Positions 49,519 to 59,202 of a stretch of 64,000 bases of DNA are shown one piece after another. The stretch is from a virus: positions 32,001-96,000 of IMG/VR virus record IMGVR_UViG_3300020430_000008; one strand, 5' to 3'. A program made the translations under genes and the position numbers. Each line of letters begins with the position of its first letter. Position 1 is the first letter of the stretch. The notes beneath the pieces are model-generated. The model did no database searches. It saw nothing but the letters and a program-made list of their open reading frames with translations, and had not been told where the DNA came from.

Positions 49519-52500
49519 TTAACCGCCAGTGTAGGGTCCACCCGGTGTCATATTTTGATTACCTGCGGCACACAAGCGTCCGTATCTTGAGTGACCTTTG
49601 GCTTTCGCGTTACATTCAAGTCCTAATGCGGAGAACGGATCTACCTTACTGCTATTGTATGCATCCCCTGTCCACAAACTGTAGTGCAAATGCACACCGG
49701 TAGATTTACCGGTGGTGCCCATTGTCCCAACAACATCGCCGGCACTTACTCTCTGACCGCTAGTAACTTGAATTGTGTGCAGGTGCATATACTGTGAGGT
49801 CATGCCATCGTCATGCTTGACATTTACAATTTTACCGCCCGAGACTGAAGACGGATTGATGCTCGATACAACACCGTTAGCTATAGAAAAAATAGGAATA
49901 GTGCCGGGATTTCCACTAGAAACCGGGTCTAACGAAATAGTATCAATACCGGGATGGTTACTGGAACCAAAACCACCGGGTGGTGGGCGGGGTCCAAAAT
50001 CTGACGAAATGGCGGGGGAGCCGCCCGATGGCCAGTCTCCTTGGAACTCGCCTAAAGCTGCAACCTGTGCTGCCGTCAAGGGCGCTCCACCAGCCGAACC
50101 TGCTCCACCTCCACCGCCTGCACCACCGCCACCGGGGGCACACTGTTCAGGCGCGTTAGCCGAGGCTGCAGCGCTGCCGGGGGCAACACTAGCACTTCCA
50201 ACAGCAAGCGCGGTTGACGGCGGTGTGGGCACGCCAGCGCCGGAAAAGAAGCCATTTACTAAGCCCATAAACTTCTCCCAGTCAAATGTCTCATTACCTG
50301 CAGCATTGGGCGAGTATGAGTTAATCTGGAAGCGAGCGCCGGGAAAAGCCTCACCACCTGACGGTCCTTTGTTGGAGCCATCGCTGGCAATACCGCCGTA
50401 AGGATAAGAAATGCCTTGTGGGTGTGGGTTCTGCAAAAGTGTGCCGGGGTCAGACTTTCTCATTGTCATTTCGTCATGACCAAAAATGTGCGTTCTGTCT
50501 ACGGCAATTTGATTTCTTTTGCAAATATTAGCAACTAAGAATGCAAGGTTTTCATACATAACTTGAGTGTACCACTTGCCGGGTTGCTCTGCCTCTTCCT
50601 TGGGAATACCTGTGATCTCAATGCTAATTCCAGTTCCGTTAGAGTTATTAACATATTTATCTGTTCCACCAGCAAGATTTCTGCGACCTCCTTGTGATGA
50701 AGGCGGGGATGCGTTAGAAAGAGCACCACCATTGCCGAATGCAACGTCGCTTTCTTTTACAAATTGATATACAAAACCACCCGTGTTAATACCGTAATGT
50801 GTTGAGACACCCGCACCGGTACGACAAAATACCTCACCACCTGCCAACTGGCTTGCGCCGGCTGTGGTGTGAATAACAATATGATCAATAGTTGCTGGTG
50901 ATCGGCTGCTAGTCCGGAACGCAGATGAGACTGCAGGGAACCAGCCGCCTTGATTGCCGCCCGTAATAGGACTGCTGAAATTGATGTATCCAAATGCTGG
51001 GTATGCGTCTAAGCTACCTGCACCAGAAGCTGTGCCTGACTCGGTGGCTTGCTCGTAACATTTCTTTATGATGTTGCCTTCCCAGACGCCGCCTTCTTGA
51101 CGGCATTCCGCTTCCGACAGGACGCCTCCAATCACCCTTCCTCGGTCAGAGCCGTAATACGCATCTGCGTCAGCAATCTCGTCTTCTAAGCCTGAGTCCA
51201 TGTCTGTTCCATCGCCCGAGGCTGACCCTTCGCCATCATAACCTAACTCTGTTGCAGCGCTTTGCGCAACCGAAGAGGCTGCTTGACCGTAAGACTCCAT
51301 GTCACTGCCATCAGCAAATGTGGACATTGATTGGGCTTGTTGAATTGCCATCATGTATTGTTCCAAACTGATCTTGTGCATAGCAGGGTTAGTCTCTGCA
51401 ATGCGATTGTATGCTTGAATCGCCTCCATAGCGAGGCGAATTTCAGCCGAAAAATGTTCAAAGTTGCCGGGATTAATAGCGCCACCCTCTTGTTGACGCT
51501 CATATGCAATGGGGCTGTATCTGTGAAAGTTTTTAATCATCTCCCAGCGTGTGCTTTTCCAACAAGGCACATTTTCTTCCGCGTTCAGCCAATCCCACCA
51601 CATGACAGACCAAGCCACCTGCGCTTTGATGGGCGGGTTAGGCTTAGGAAATGTGGGAAAGATTTGACTTGTAACCTCATCTGCCACATCAGCAACAGTG
51701 TCAAGGATCTCATCAATCACTTCAACTTCTTGCTCAACAAACGTAGACTCGGGACGAAGCGCAATGATTGCGTCATAACAATCGCCGGGACAGCCATCAG
51801 GGTACACGCTGGATGTATTGCCCTCGTACACAGACACAACATCGCCGCTCGTTGGGCTGGTATACGTGATTACGTTGCTGGTGTCGATTGTATAGTCAGC
51901 CCATCCGTCAGACCATTCCATGACCGGGACTTCTACCAATTCAGTTTCAATTGTTGGCGGCGTAGCCTCTACCGGTGGAGGATCCTCGACCACTACAGGA
52001 TCAGGCGGGAGTTCACATCGACGATCAACTCCGATTTCCTCATCTGAACATTCGATAATAGAACCAAAATACCCTGTTGCCCAGTCTTTAACGTCTAATC
52101 CGGGGTTACCGGGACCGGGGCTTGGCAAGTGTGCAGGATCAGTTTCTTCATCTCTCACCTCGCCAATAACTGCAGGCTCTTCGATAGCGCCAAGGAAATC
52201 AAGCTCTTCTTTCATACGAAATGGCGGCTTCTCGGAAGTGATTTGATAATCTTCCCAACCAGAACCCATAACGCCAAAGGCAGGAATGATAAACTTGAAT
52301 CCAACATTCATATAATCGTTTAAAACTTGAACAAAATCTTCTTGCTTGAGAGCTTCCGAGCCCTTTTGAGAAACGATTTTGACTTCGCCAGTTGACTCGT
52401 TAACTTTAATAACTGACATTCCAGAAGTAGACAGGATTTGTGCAATCGACCAATCTACGTCGGAGAAACAATAATAAGGGAACGAGTCTTTGTATCTAAT

Positions 52501-53787
52501 CGATACTTCCCCATCTTCACCGTCTACTGTTGTAACAGTATATTCTGCAGATGGCATCCATGGGTTTGAAAATCCAAGCTGTAGACTGTTTGCCAATGCT
52601 GCCTTCTTCATTTGGCTTGTGACGTACTTAGCTTGTCGGGCGTACTTGTCTTTGTTACCGGGAGACAGATAGCCCCACGATGGAGTCATGACCATGCCCT
52701 TACACGGCAAGTCAGTTGCCACCTCTGTCATGTACTCAACAAACTTAGATGCTTTGCCGGGGTAGGGTGTACCTGAAATATACACGTTGATGCCACCCAT
52801 GGCGAACATGCGCGCATAATCTTTTAATTTGTTACGATTGGCAAACCTTGTTTTGCCAGAACTTTGATGTATCGCCTCAAGAACTACATACCCCATGTCA
52901 GCCCACAGAGCGCGTGTCAGGGCAACCAACGGAGTTGGCATGTTTCTGCTTGTCAGCGATGTTCTGCTAATAAAAATACCCTTCATGTCCATAGGACTAC
53001 CACAAGTTGTGATCTCGCCATGAGGATCACGACCGGGACACAAAGGTTGTGTTACGTTGATGCCAGAAAGGAACTCCATCATGCAGTCAAAATCACAATC
53101 GGCTGGCAAGCCAAACGGATTGACTGGTCCAGCGGAAACTGCTTCTCCGCCCATTGCATCGCCTGATGCTCCAGCAGCGGTCTGCGGCACATCTGTGGGG
53201 AACTGTTCTTGCGGCGGGCAAGAGCCTCCAAGTTTAACAGGATTGTTTTCGCGGGTCACAACATTCTTAATAATCAGCCCGCCGCCTGCTGCATCGCCAC
53301 CACCGCTAGCATCGTCTGCGTTGACGCTTACGATAACGACATCTCCACACTCAGGCATCTCGATATCTTGAGATGAAGCATAGAATGTTGGGTGCATATT
53401 GATGTAAAACTGGTGTATGCCAGATGTACCGTCGCATCCATATTTGTCAGGCTCGGGAATTCCTGCATGTAGTGCGGGAATACGCGCCTTGATTTTAATT
53501 GTCTCGGGCATGGCGACACCAAGAATGTCATCATACCATGCAGTCATCCAGCTAGAGCCGGCTGCAGCCATCAGGTTAACTTTGTCAACTCGCAGTACAA
53601 TAGCAGCATAGTTGCCGCCCATTGCCTTCTTGGGGATCGCAGCTTCTTTAGCTTGCCCCATGAGTTGTCCCATCGCAGATGTGCGATAGCGACTATTAAC
53701 ACCGGGAGTCTTCTTCGGAGAACTGGGCTTTTTATTACCGCCGAGTTTACCCCAGCCTAAATCCTTGAACGGACCCTTTCTTGCCAT
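49519..53787 (-). CDS. gp5-like hub / virion-associated peptidoglycan hydrolase: OB-like N-terminus, TIM-barrel-like region, Amidase_2, M23 peptidase
   Basis: IKARIP...PECGDVVIV (OB-like). HIVIHTT...STHY...ISIE...GHDE...KSDPG (Zn amidase). HPGID...YMHL...STGVHLHY (M23 HxxxD/HxH). Confidence 0.85.
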   Translation of the reverse strand: MARKGPFKDLGWGKLGGNKKPSSPKKTPGVNSRYRTSAMGQLMGQAKEAAIPKKAMGGNYAAIVLRVDKVNLMAAAGSSWMTAWYDDILGVAMPETIKIKARIPALHAGIPEPDKYGCDGTSGIHQFYINMHPTFYASSQDIEMPECGDVVIVSVNADDASGGGDAAGGGLIIKNVVTRENNPVKLGGSCPPQEQFPTDVPQTAAGASGDAMGGEAVSAGPVNPFGLPADCDFDCMMEFLSGINVTQPLCPGRDPHGEITTCGSPMDMKGIFISRTSLTSRNMPTPLVALTRALWADMGYVVLEAIHQSSGKTRFANRNKLKDYARMFAMGGINVYISGTPYPGKASKFVEYMTEVATDLPCKGMVMTPSWGYLSPGNKDKYARQAKYVTSQMKKAALANSLQLGFSNPWMPSAEYTVTTVDGEDGEVSIRYKDSFPYYCFSDVDWSIAQILSTSGMSVIKVNESTGEVKIVSQKGSEALKQEDFVQVLNDYMNVGFKFIIPAFGVMGSGWEDYQITSEKPPFRMKEELDFLGAIEEPAVIGEVRDEETDPAHLPSPGPGNPGLDVKDWATGYFGSIIECSDEEIGVDRRCELPPDPVVVEDPPPVEATPPTIETELVEVPVMEWSDGWADYTIDTSNVITYTSPTSGDVVSVYEGNTSSVYPDGCPGDCYDAIIALRPESTFVEQEVEVIDEILDTVADVADEVTSQIFPTFPKPNPPIKAQVAWSVMWWDWLNAEENVPCWKSTRWEMIKNFHRYSPIAYERQQEGGAINPGNFEHFSAEIRLAMEAIQAYNRIAETNPAMHKISLEQYMMAIQQAQSMSTFADGSDMESYGQAASSVAQSAATELGYDGEGSASGDGTDMDSGLEDEIADADAYYGSDRGRVIGGVLSEAECRQEGGVWEGNIIKKCYEQATESGTASGAGSLDAYPAFGYINFSSPITGGNQGGWFPAVSSAFRTSSRSPATIDHIVIHTTAGASQLAGGEVFCRTGAGVSTHYGINTGGFVYQFVKESDVAFGNGGALSNASPPSSQGGRRNLAGGTDKYVNNSNGTGISIEITGIPKEEAEQPGKWYTQVMYENLAFLVANICKRNQIAVDRTHIFGHDEMTMRKSDPGTLLQNPHPQGISYPYGGIASDGSNKGPSGGEAFPGARFQINSYSPNAAGNETFDWEKFMGLVNGFFSGAGVPTPPSTALAVGSASVAPGSAAASANAPEQCAPGGGGAGGGGGAGSAGGAPLTAAQVAALGEFQGDWPSGGSPAISSDFGPRPPPGGFGSSNHPGIDTISLDPVSSGNPGTIPIFSIANGVVSSINPSSVSGGKIVNVKHDDGMTSQYMHLHTIQVTSGQRVSAGDVVGTMGTTGKSTGVHLHYSLWTGDAYNSSKVDPFSALGLECNAKAKGHSRYGRLCAAGNQNMTPGGPYTGG

Positions 53788-53791
53788 ATCA

Positions 53792-54088
53792 TTAAGACTC
53801 CTTGATCAGATCATAAAGCTGATCCTTGTCTGAATCAGAAAGCGAGATGCCGCCGTCTGCAGACTCTTTCTTTAGAAGAAGACCGGAAATCTTAACTAGT
53901 TGTTCGTTGGAGCGTTGGAGTGTTTCGACATACTTTGCAGCGGTCATGCCAACTTCGCGGTGAGTCGAGTCACCCTTCGCAAGAAACTGAATCACATCAT
54001 CAAGAAGCTCTTTGGTCACATCACGATCTTCTCGAATGTTCTCAACTGCTTCCTTTAAATAATCATCGATTTCTTGCTTTTTGCTCAT
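53792..54088 (-). CDS. Helical protein (98 aa), possible gp16-like terminase small subunit
   Basis: Two long helices; HREVG...YVETLQRSNEQLVKI is reminiscent of the gp16 oligomerisation helices. Weak match. Confidence 0.4.
   Translation of the reverse strand: MSKKQEIDDYLKEAVENIREDRDVTKELLDDVIQFLAKGDSTHREVGMTAAKYVETLQRSNEQLVKISGLLLKKESADGGISLSDSDKDQLYDLIKES
53893..53900 (-). promoter_or_regulatory. Candidate late-promoter motif ACTAGTTA at the head of the baseplate operon
   Basis: About 105 nt upstream of ATG 53787, inside the preceding gene. Confidence 0.35.
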
Positions 54089-54771
54089 AATTTGCCCTCA
54101 TTCCAATCTTTCTTAAAAGCCCTGTATTTAGCCCTCATTTTGTTGAGGTTGTTTACAATCTGCTTCGTATTAAGACCGGTGATCTCTCTAATGTATAAGT
54201 AAATAGCTTTCTTGTTAAAAATTTCAATTGAATCAGGGTGCTCAAGAAGCAGCTTTATAGCCTCCAAAACCTTTTGCTCGTTAGGCTTAAGGTTTCCCGT
54301 ATCCCATGATTCCATTTCTTTCCAAAGTTGAGTCCAAAATTCTTTCTCTACGCGGTTAGCATAATATCCATGATCAACAATCAGCTTTTCATCAAGCACT
54401 GGCTTGATCATGATATCTTCGATTGGGATCTCAGTTCTCTTTGCTTTTGAGTTTTTCTTGACCTTGGCGATGAACCAGTTTTTAGTGATCACTGAAAAGT
54501 ACGAGAAGGCTTTAGAACCTTTGCTTGGATTATACTTTTGAATAACCGTAGTGAGCCAGATCTTACACTCATCTCGCAACGAGTCGATGTTTGGCAGTGT
54601 AGTAAAGCGATAAGTAAAAACAATCTTGTCAACCATCTCGCTGAACACTGGTCCAATCAATGTAGAGTACAAATGCTCTCTTTCTTCTAAGTTTGTGCTA
54701 TTGTTGTAATCAATGATAGCCTGTTCATGCACCTTGGTAAAATATGATGTCTTTCTACGCCTCTTCGCCAT
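54085..54771 (-). CDS. Phage RNA polymerase sigma factor (gp55-like late sigma candidate)
   Basis: Region-2-like KYNPSKGSKAFSYFSVITKNWFI. C-terminal helix-turn-helix-like IYLYIREITGLNTKQI. Confidence 0.8.
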   Translation of the reverse strand: MAKRRRKTSYFTKVHEQAIIDYNNSTNLEEREHLYSTLIGPVFSEMVDKIVFTYRFTTLPNIDSLRDECKIWLTTVIQKYNPSKGSKAFSYFSVITKNWFIAKVKKNSKAKRTEIPIEDIMIKPVLDEKLIVDHGYYANRVEKEFWTQLWKEMESWDTGNLKPNEQKVLEAIKLLLEHPDSIEIFNKKAIYLYIREITGLNTKQIVNNLNKMRAKYRAFKKDWNEGKL

Positions 54772-55099
54772 CTACGGCTTCTCCTTCTTCATCAGCTTCT
54801 GCTCCTAAATTCTCATATCCCTCAGCAACTTTATAAATGTCATCAAACTCAGAAAGCATTTGCACAACAAGTTCAGAATGTTGCAGCAAACCTTGCAAAG
54901 TTTGATCCCCATAGAAGGTTTCCATGGAGTGGACCGCCTCAAGGTGTTCTGAAAATCTCAGCATTACCTCGTTGACTTCTCCTAAGTTGTTTGAAACAAA
55001 AAACAGTTTCGTTAATAAATTTCTAATGAACCAAAAAGCGACTGCATTAAGTGCAACAGAAATCACGAGTAAGGTTATTAATATTTGTACTGTTGTCAT
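54755..55099 (-). CDS. Membrane-anchored hypothetical protein
   Basis: N-terminal TM helix and acidic tail. Confidence 0.7.
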   Translation of the reverse strand: MTTVQILITLLVISVALNAVAFWFIRNLLTKLFFVSNNLGEVNEVMLRFSEHLEAVHSMETFYGDQTLQGLLQHSELVVQMLSEFDDIYKVAEGYENLGAEADEEGEAVDGEEA

Positions 55100-55368
55100 T
55101 TACTTTCCTCGTAATCAGCAGTTTGCAGATCAGACTTTTCTCTATTCAGTTCTTCTCTTGCCTCCCTGATGTGCTGCTCGACAAGCGCACCAACCTTGTT
55201 TCCCGTGGGGGCAGGGGAAGCGTTGGTCTTGATGAATGTCATTGCAGGTACGCGGACTAGTGTTTCTTGCTCTTCACATTTAATGCAATCAGTCAAACAC
55301 TCTTTCATCGAGTGGACTGTCTCAAACACGTCTTCGCACTGCTCGCAGCGGTAAGTGTATCTGGGCAT
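55096..55368 (-). CDS. FmdB-family zinc-ribbon protein
   Basis: MPRYTYRCEQCEDVFE...CIKC. Confidence 0.85.
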   Translation of the reverse strand: MPRYTYRCEQCEDVFETVHSMKECLTDCIKCEEQETLVRVPAMTFIKTNASPAPTGNKVGALVEQHIREAREELNREKSDLQTADYEESK

Positions 55369-55370
55369 GT

Positions 55371-55577
55371 CTATTCCGTATCTGGAGTAGACTCCCCATC
55401 ATTTGCGCGCAGAATGGGCGGGTTGGTAACAACCAATCCATCATTGTCATCGAATACAAAATTGAATCCCTTCAATACTGGTACGATGTCGGTTTGCGTT
55501 AGCAGTGAGTTCTGTAGCGCCAGCATAACTGCTCCAAGCGCCTGATCAGATAAAGTAATATTCTTAGGTGTAGGCAT
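55371..55577 (-). CDS. Hypothetical protein (68 aa)
   Basis: AAGGAG SD; fits operon packing. Confidence 0.7.
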   Translation of the reverse strand: MPTPKNITLSDQALGAVMLALQNSLLTQTDIVPVLKGFNFVFDDNDGLVVTNPPILRANDGESTPDTE

Positions 55578-55587
55578 TTCGATCTCC

Positions 55588-56559
55588 TTATAGTTCCTTT
55601 TCCCAACGTTGAATCATGTCATCCAGAAGAGTTTCAAAAGTATATTCTGGCTCCCATCCAAGCACTTCTCTTGCCTTGGAAGAATCGCCCTTGAGGTACT
55701 TAAGCTCTTCGGGTCGCATATACTTTGGATTCTGTACGACATAATCCTTGTAGTTCATTCCCAACTTAGTAAACACAATATCTACAAGATCTCTTACAGA
55801 ATGTGTTTGACCAGTTGCAACAATAAATTCGTCTGGCTCATGATGATTTACAATCATGTGCATAGCACGAACATAATCTTTTGAGTGACCCCAATCTCGA
55901 TACGAGTCAAGGTTACCCAACTCCAGCTTGTCTCTTAAGCCCTTCTTGATTTGCACTGCGGTCTTTACAACCTTATTAGTGACAAAGTTAGAACCGCGCC
56001 GTGGAGACTCATGGTTAAACAGAATACCGTTGCAGGCATGAAGCCCGTAGGCATGGCGGTAGTGCCTAACCAGATTGTACCCCATGACCTTGGCGCAGCC
56101 GTAAGGACTGACAGGGTTCATAGGGGTTGTGAGGCGTTGTACACCGTCTGCGTCCACTGAGTTGCCGAACATCTCGGACGAGCTAGCCTGATAGAAGCCA
56201 GCGTGAGGGCAGACAGAGCGGTACACCTCTAGCATATTCAACACACCCAAAGCATTTGTTTGGATAGTGAATGACGGCATGTCGAAACTGATTCGGACAT
56301 GACTCATTGCGCCAAGGTTATAGATCTCATCAGGTCTAACCTCAGAAACAATACGGACTAAAGATGGATAGTCCAACAAGTCTCCGTAGTGTGTAGTGAT
56401 TTGACCTTGAAGATGCTGGATACGGCTATCTTGGTTCTCCGCAACCGAAGAGCGCCGAATGATACCATGGACTTCGTAGTTGTTCTCTAACAGGTACTCA
56501 GACAGATAGCTACCGTCTTGTCCTGCGATTCCTGTGATTAGTGCTTTCTTTTTGCTCAT
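55588..56559 (-). CDS. gmd: GDP-mannose 4,6-dehydratase
   Basis: ALITGIAGQDGSYL, QASSSE, SPYGCAK, GILFNHESPRRG, RDWGH. Confidence 0.96.
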   Translation of the reverse strand: MSKKKALITGIAGQDGSYLSEYLLENNYEVHGIIRRSSVAENQDSRIQHLQGQITTHYGDLLDYPSLVRIVSEVRPDEIYNLGAMSHVRISFDMPSFTIQTNALGVLNMLEVYRSVCPHAGFYQASSSEMFGNSVDADGVQRLTTPMNPVSPYGCAKVMGYNLVRHYRHAYGLHACNGILFNHESPRRGSNFVTNKVVKTAVQIKKGLRDKLELGNLDSYRDWGHSKDYVRAMHMIVNHHEPDEFIVATGQTHSVRDLVDIVFTKLGMNYKDYVVQNPKYMRPEELKYLKGDSSKAREVLGWEPEYTFETLLDDMIQRWEKEL

Positions 56560-57203
56560 TTAAGTTCCTTGTAATATCCACCAACTGTGAATGAAGTTCC
56601 GCGAGTAGCAGACTTCTTCGCCTTTGATGGGTCGTATTTGCTAAGTGGTAAAATCCTGAAATCAAACGATACGCGGGTCTGATCCGTATCATTGATCATG
56701 TTGCCATGGCGACACTTGTTGCCATTAAAAATTGTAAACTCGCCTTGCGTCATTTCCATCGGCGCATAGTCGCCAAGACCCGGCACAGACTCTGCCCATG
56801 TTGCATTTGTGCCAAACATATCTGTCACAGCAATCTGAAAGTTAATCTCCCACTCGGGATGATTGTATACGGGCTGTGAATCATAATGAAACTCTGGCAC
56901 TACCCAGTTGCCTACAAGGTGTACCCTAAATGTAGGTAGCGCTTGGTAGATGAAATCTCTGCTTCCAAAGATGGGCGCAACAATGTCAGAAACAAAACGG
57001 TCATATGTGTCAGTGAAGTCTTGCCACCCGCCACGAAGTTTATTATAAAAGCGATCATGCAACTCAGTATTAGAATTGTTGTCCATGGTAAACGGCTCAT
57101 AAACATACTGCTCATGAAGCTTTTCTAAATCGCTATGACCAAGCGCTTGCTCAACTAACTCACGAAAATCATAAGAATGAGCATCGTACTTCTCTACTCT
57201 CAC
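56556..57203 (-). CDS. 2OG-Fe(II) oxygenase-fold protein (StrG-like)
   Basis: YQALPTFRVH, facial triad HYD...H (RHGN), terminal TRVSFDFR. Confidence 0.75.
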   Translation of the reverse strand: MRVEKYDAHSYDFRELVEQALGHSDLEKLHEQYVYEPFTMDNNSNTELHDRFYNKLRGGWQDFTDTYDRFVSDIVAPIFGSRDFIYQALPTFRVHLVGNWVVPEFHYDSQPVYNHPEWEINFQIAVTDMFGTNATWAESVPGLGDYAPMEMTQGEFTIFNGNKCRHGNMINDTDQTRVSFDFRILPLSKYDPSKAKKSATRGTSFTVGGYYKELK

Positions 57204-57622
57204 TCAGGTTCCTCAATATAGGTCTTGTCTTTCTCAACACCGAAGTAGGGTCCAGTCTTGAACTCGTACAGTACAGTGTCGTCCTCAAGAACCTCAAAAC
57301 TGTGTCCACCGCGAAATACAATTGCTGCATCTCCTGCGCCTAGCTCTGTTTCGTAAATCAGTCTGTCGTCAATGTCCCAGAAACGCGCAGCCACACGACC
57401 ACTGAGAAACACCCACGCTTCCTGAGTAATGTCAGTGGTCCTCACAAGTTCATTGTGTCTGTGTGGAGCGAACGTAGTGCCCTTTGTAAGCTTCTTGGTC
57501 GCGCACTGCAGGTATTGATCGTCAGGACTAAGATCAGCGCGGTTGGTGCCAATCTCATTAGCTCTGTTAATGACCAGAAGCATAACGCTCGGGTCTACTG
57601 CAGAATAAACATGCGTCATCAT
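57200..57622 (-). CDS. Cupin-fold metalloprotein (WbuC-like; possible sugar isomerase)
   Basis: HRH...QE...GGHSF...EFKTGPY. Confidence 0.75.
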   Translation of the reverse strand: MMTHVYSAVDPSVMLLVINRANEIGTNRADLSPDDQYLQCATKKLTKGTTFAPHRHNELVRTTDITQEAWVFLSGRVAARFWDIDDRLIYETELGAGDAAIVFRGGHSFEVLEDDTVLYEFKTGPYFGVEKDKTYIEEPE

Positions 57623-58740
57623 TTTCTCCTGTAAAACTCTTTAATCACATCGCAAACATAATGAATCTGGTCTTGAGTCAATGCTGCGAATGAAGGCAAG
57701 CAAACACCATGGTCATAAGCATGCTCAGACACGTCAAAGTGTTCGCGGTTATGTCGAGGATCGTCAGCCCAAATGTCAAAGCATGGCTGCAAATGCAGCG
57801 GATAGAAAAAAGATCTTGGCTCAACGCCGTTCATCTTCATGAAACCCATCAAGTTTCTGCTGGGGTCTGACTTCTGTGTAGTTCTGAGTACTACGCGAAA
57901 CGGAACGTAAGGCTCTACGTTTTCCGCAGGACTAAGTAGCTCAATCTCTTCAACATCAGCCAACGCTTCCTTATAAAGATTATAATTTGTCTGCTTTTTT
58001 TGCACAATCTCTGGCAACTTCTTCAACTGTGCCAGCCCGATTGCTGCTTGAATATCATTGATTCTAAAGTTGTAACCAATCGCTGGGTGTGTGAATGTTC
58101 CTCGATGCAGCCGACCTTGGTTTCTCAAAAGCAGAAGCTTGTTATATACCTCTTCATCATCAGTAGTGACAAACCCACCTTCACATGTAGTTAGAGTCTT
58201 ATCAGCAAAGAAAGAGAACGAACCAGTAGTACCAAAGCTGCCGCAACCCTTGCCATCCCAGTTGATGCTAAGAGCTTGTGCGGCATCCTCGATAACCATA
58301 AGGTCATGCTCTTTGGCATACGCCATGATCTCGGTCATGTTAGCGGCAAAGCCAAAGATGTGTACGGGCATAATAGCCCTTGTCTTGTCGGTGCGTACAC
58401 GCTCACATTCATCAATCTTCATTTGTAAGTCGTGACATCCAACGTCAGCAAATACGGGGCGGGCACCGACCATTTCGACGGCGTTAGCGGAGGCAATAAA
58501 TGTGAAATCTGGCACAATGACTTCATCGCCGGGACCAATGCCCATCGCCCGTAAAGCGAGATAAAGCGACAAAGTGCCGTTTGGAGCGAAAACACCGTAT
58601 TTACTTCCAATTATTTCTAGCAATTTATCGCTAAACTCTGCTGCCTTCGGACCTTCTGTAATCCAGTTGTCCTCAAAACAGCTTCTAATAGCTTCATATT
58701 CTTCCATACCAACGTATGGCATAAACTGTGGTACTCTCAT
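57619..58740 (-). CDS. DegT/DnrJ/EryC1/StrS PLP-dependent sugar aminotransferase (perosamine synthase-like)
   Basis: GIGPGDEVIVPDFTFIASAN, IEDAAQA, SFFADKTLTTCEGG (PLP Lys), GYNFR. Confidence 0.95.
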   Translation of the reverse strand: MRVPQFMPYVGMEEYEAIRSCFEDNWITEGPKAAEFSDKLLEIIGSKYGVFAPNGTLSLYLALRAMGIGPGDEVIVPDFTFIASANAVEMVGARPVFADVGCHDLQMKIDECERVRTDKTRAIMPVHIFGFAANMTEIMAYAKEHDLMVIEDAAQALSINWDGKGCGSFGTTGSFSFFADKTLTTCEGGFVTTDDEEVYNKLLLLRNQGRLHRGTFTHPAIGYNFRINDIQAAIGLAQLKKLPEIVQKKQTNYNLYKEALADVEEIELLSPAENVEPYVPFRVVLRTTQKSDPSRNLMGFMKMNGVEPRSFFYPLHLQPCFDIWADDPRHNREHFDVSEHAYDHGVCLPSFAALTQDQIHYVCDVIKEFYRRK

Positions 58741-59201
58741 GTGCCGAACTCGTATCTATAGTTTGAAACAAAATCGCTGCAAACACCAAAGCAGCGCGAT
58801 AACTCTACTTTAGAGTATAACACGTTTTCTGGCATAACGCAAATAGTTTTCTCATTTAATGCGCTGCCGGGGTAAGCCCAGATGTGACCTGCAGAGGTTA
58901 ATGTATAATCATCCTCTTGGTGCCAGAAGACTGTAAAGTCTTTTTGACCAACAAAATAGGAGTATGTAGCCAAGTCTTTTGCATGAATAAATAAACGGTC
59001 TTTTCTCTCTTCAAACCATTCAATCGGCAACTTGTGTTCGCCATAGTCGTGACCCATGATGAACTCTCCAAGCATATTGCCATTTCTAACGTCTATTTCG
59101 GCGTAGAAGCCTTCTGACAGGGCTTTGTCGATGTACTCGGGGCTATTCTCCAGTTCCGGCTTAGGACCGTCTGTATTGCCTCTGTGTGCGATATAAATCA
59201 T
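58737..59201 (-). CDS. Small glycerophosphodiester phosphodiesterase-like protein
   Basis: Start reassigned to MIYIAHRGN at 59201. AHRG...ENS...EIDV...GHD...IHAK...GVCSD. Confidence 0.85.
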   Translation of the reverse strand: MIYIAHRGNTDGPKPELENSPEYIDKALSEGFYAEIDVRNGNMLGEFIMGHDYGEHKLPIEWFEERKDRLFIHAKDLATYSYFVGQKDFTVFWHQEDDYTLTSAGHIWAYPGSALNEKTICVMPENVLYSKVELSRCFGVCSDFVSNYRYEFGT

Positions 59202-59202
59202 A

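Noticed and set aside
36192-53787. Bacterial eCIS, T6SS or tailocin locus
   Set aside because: Co-oriented portal, terminase, primase, resolvase and sigma factor indicate a genuine phage.
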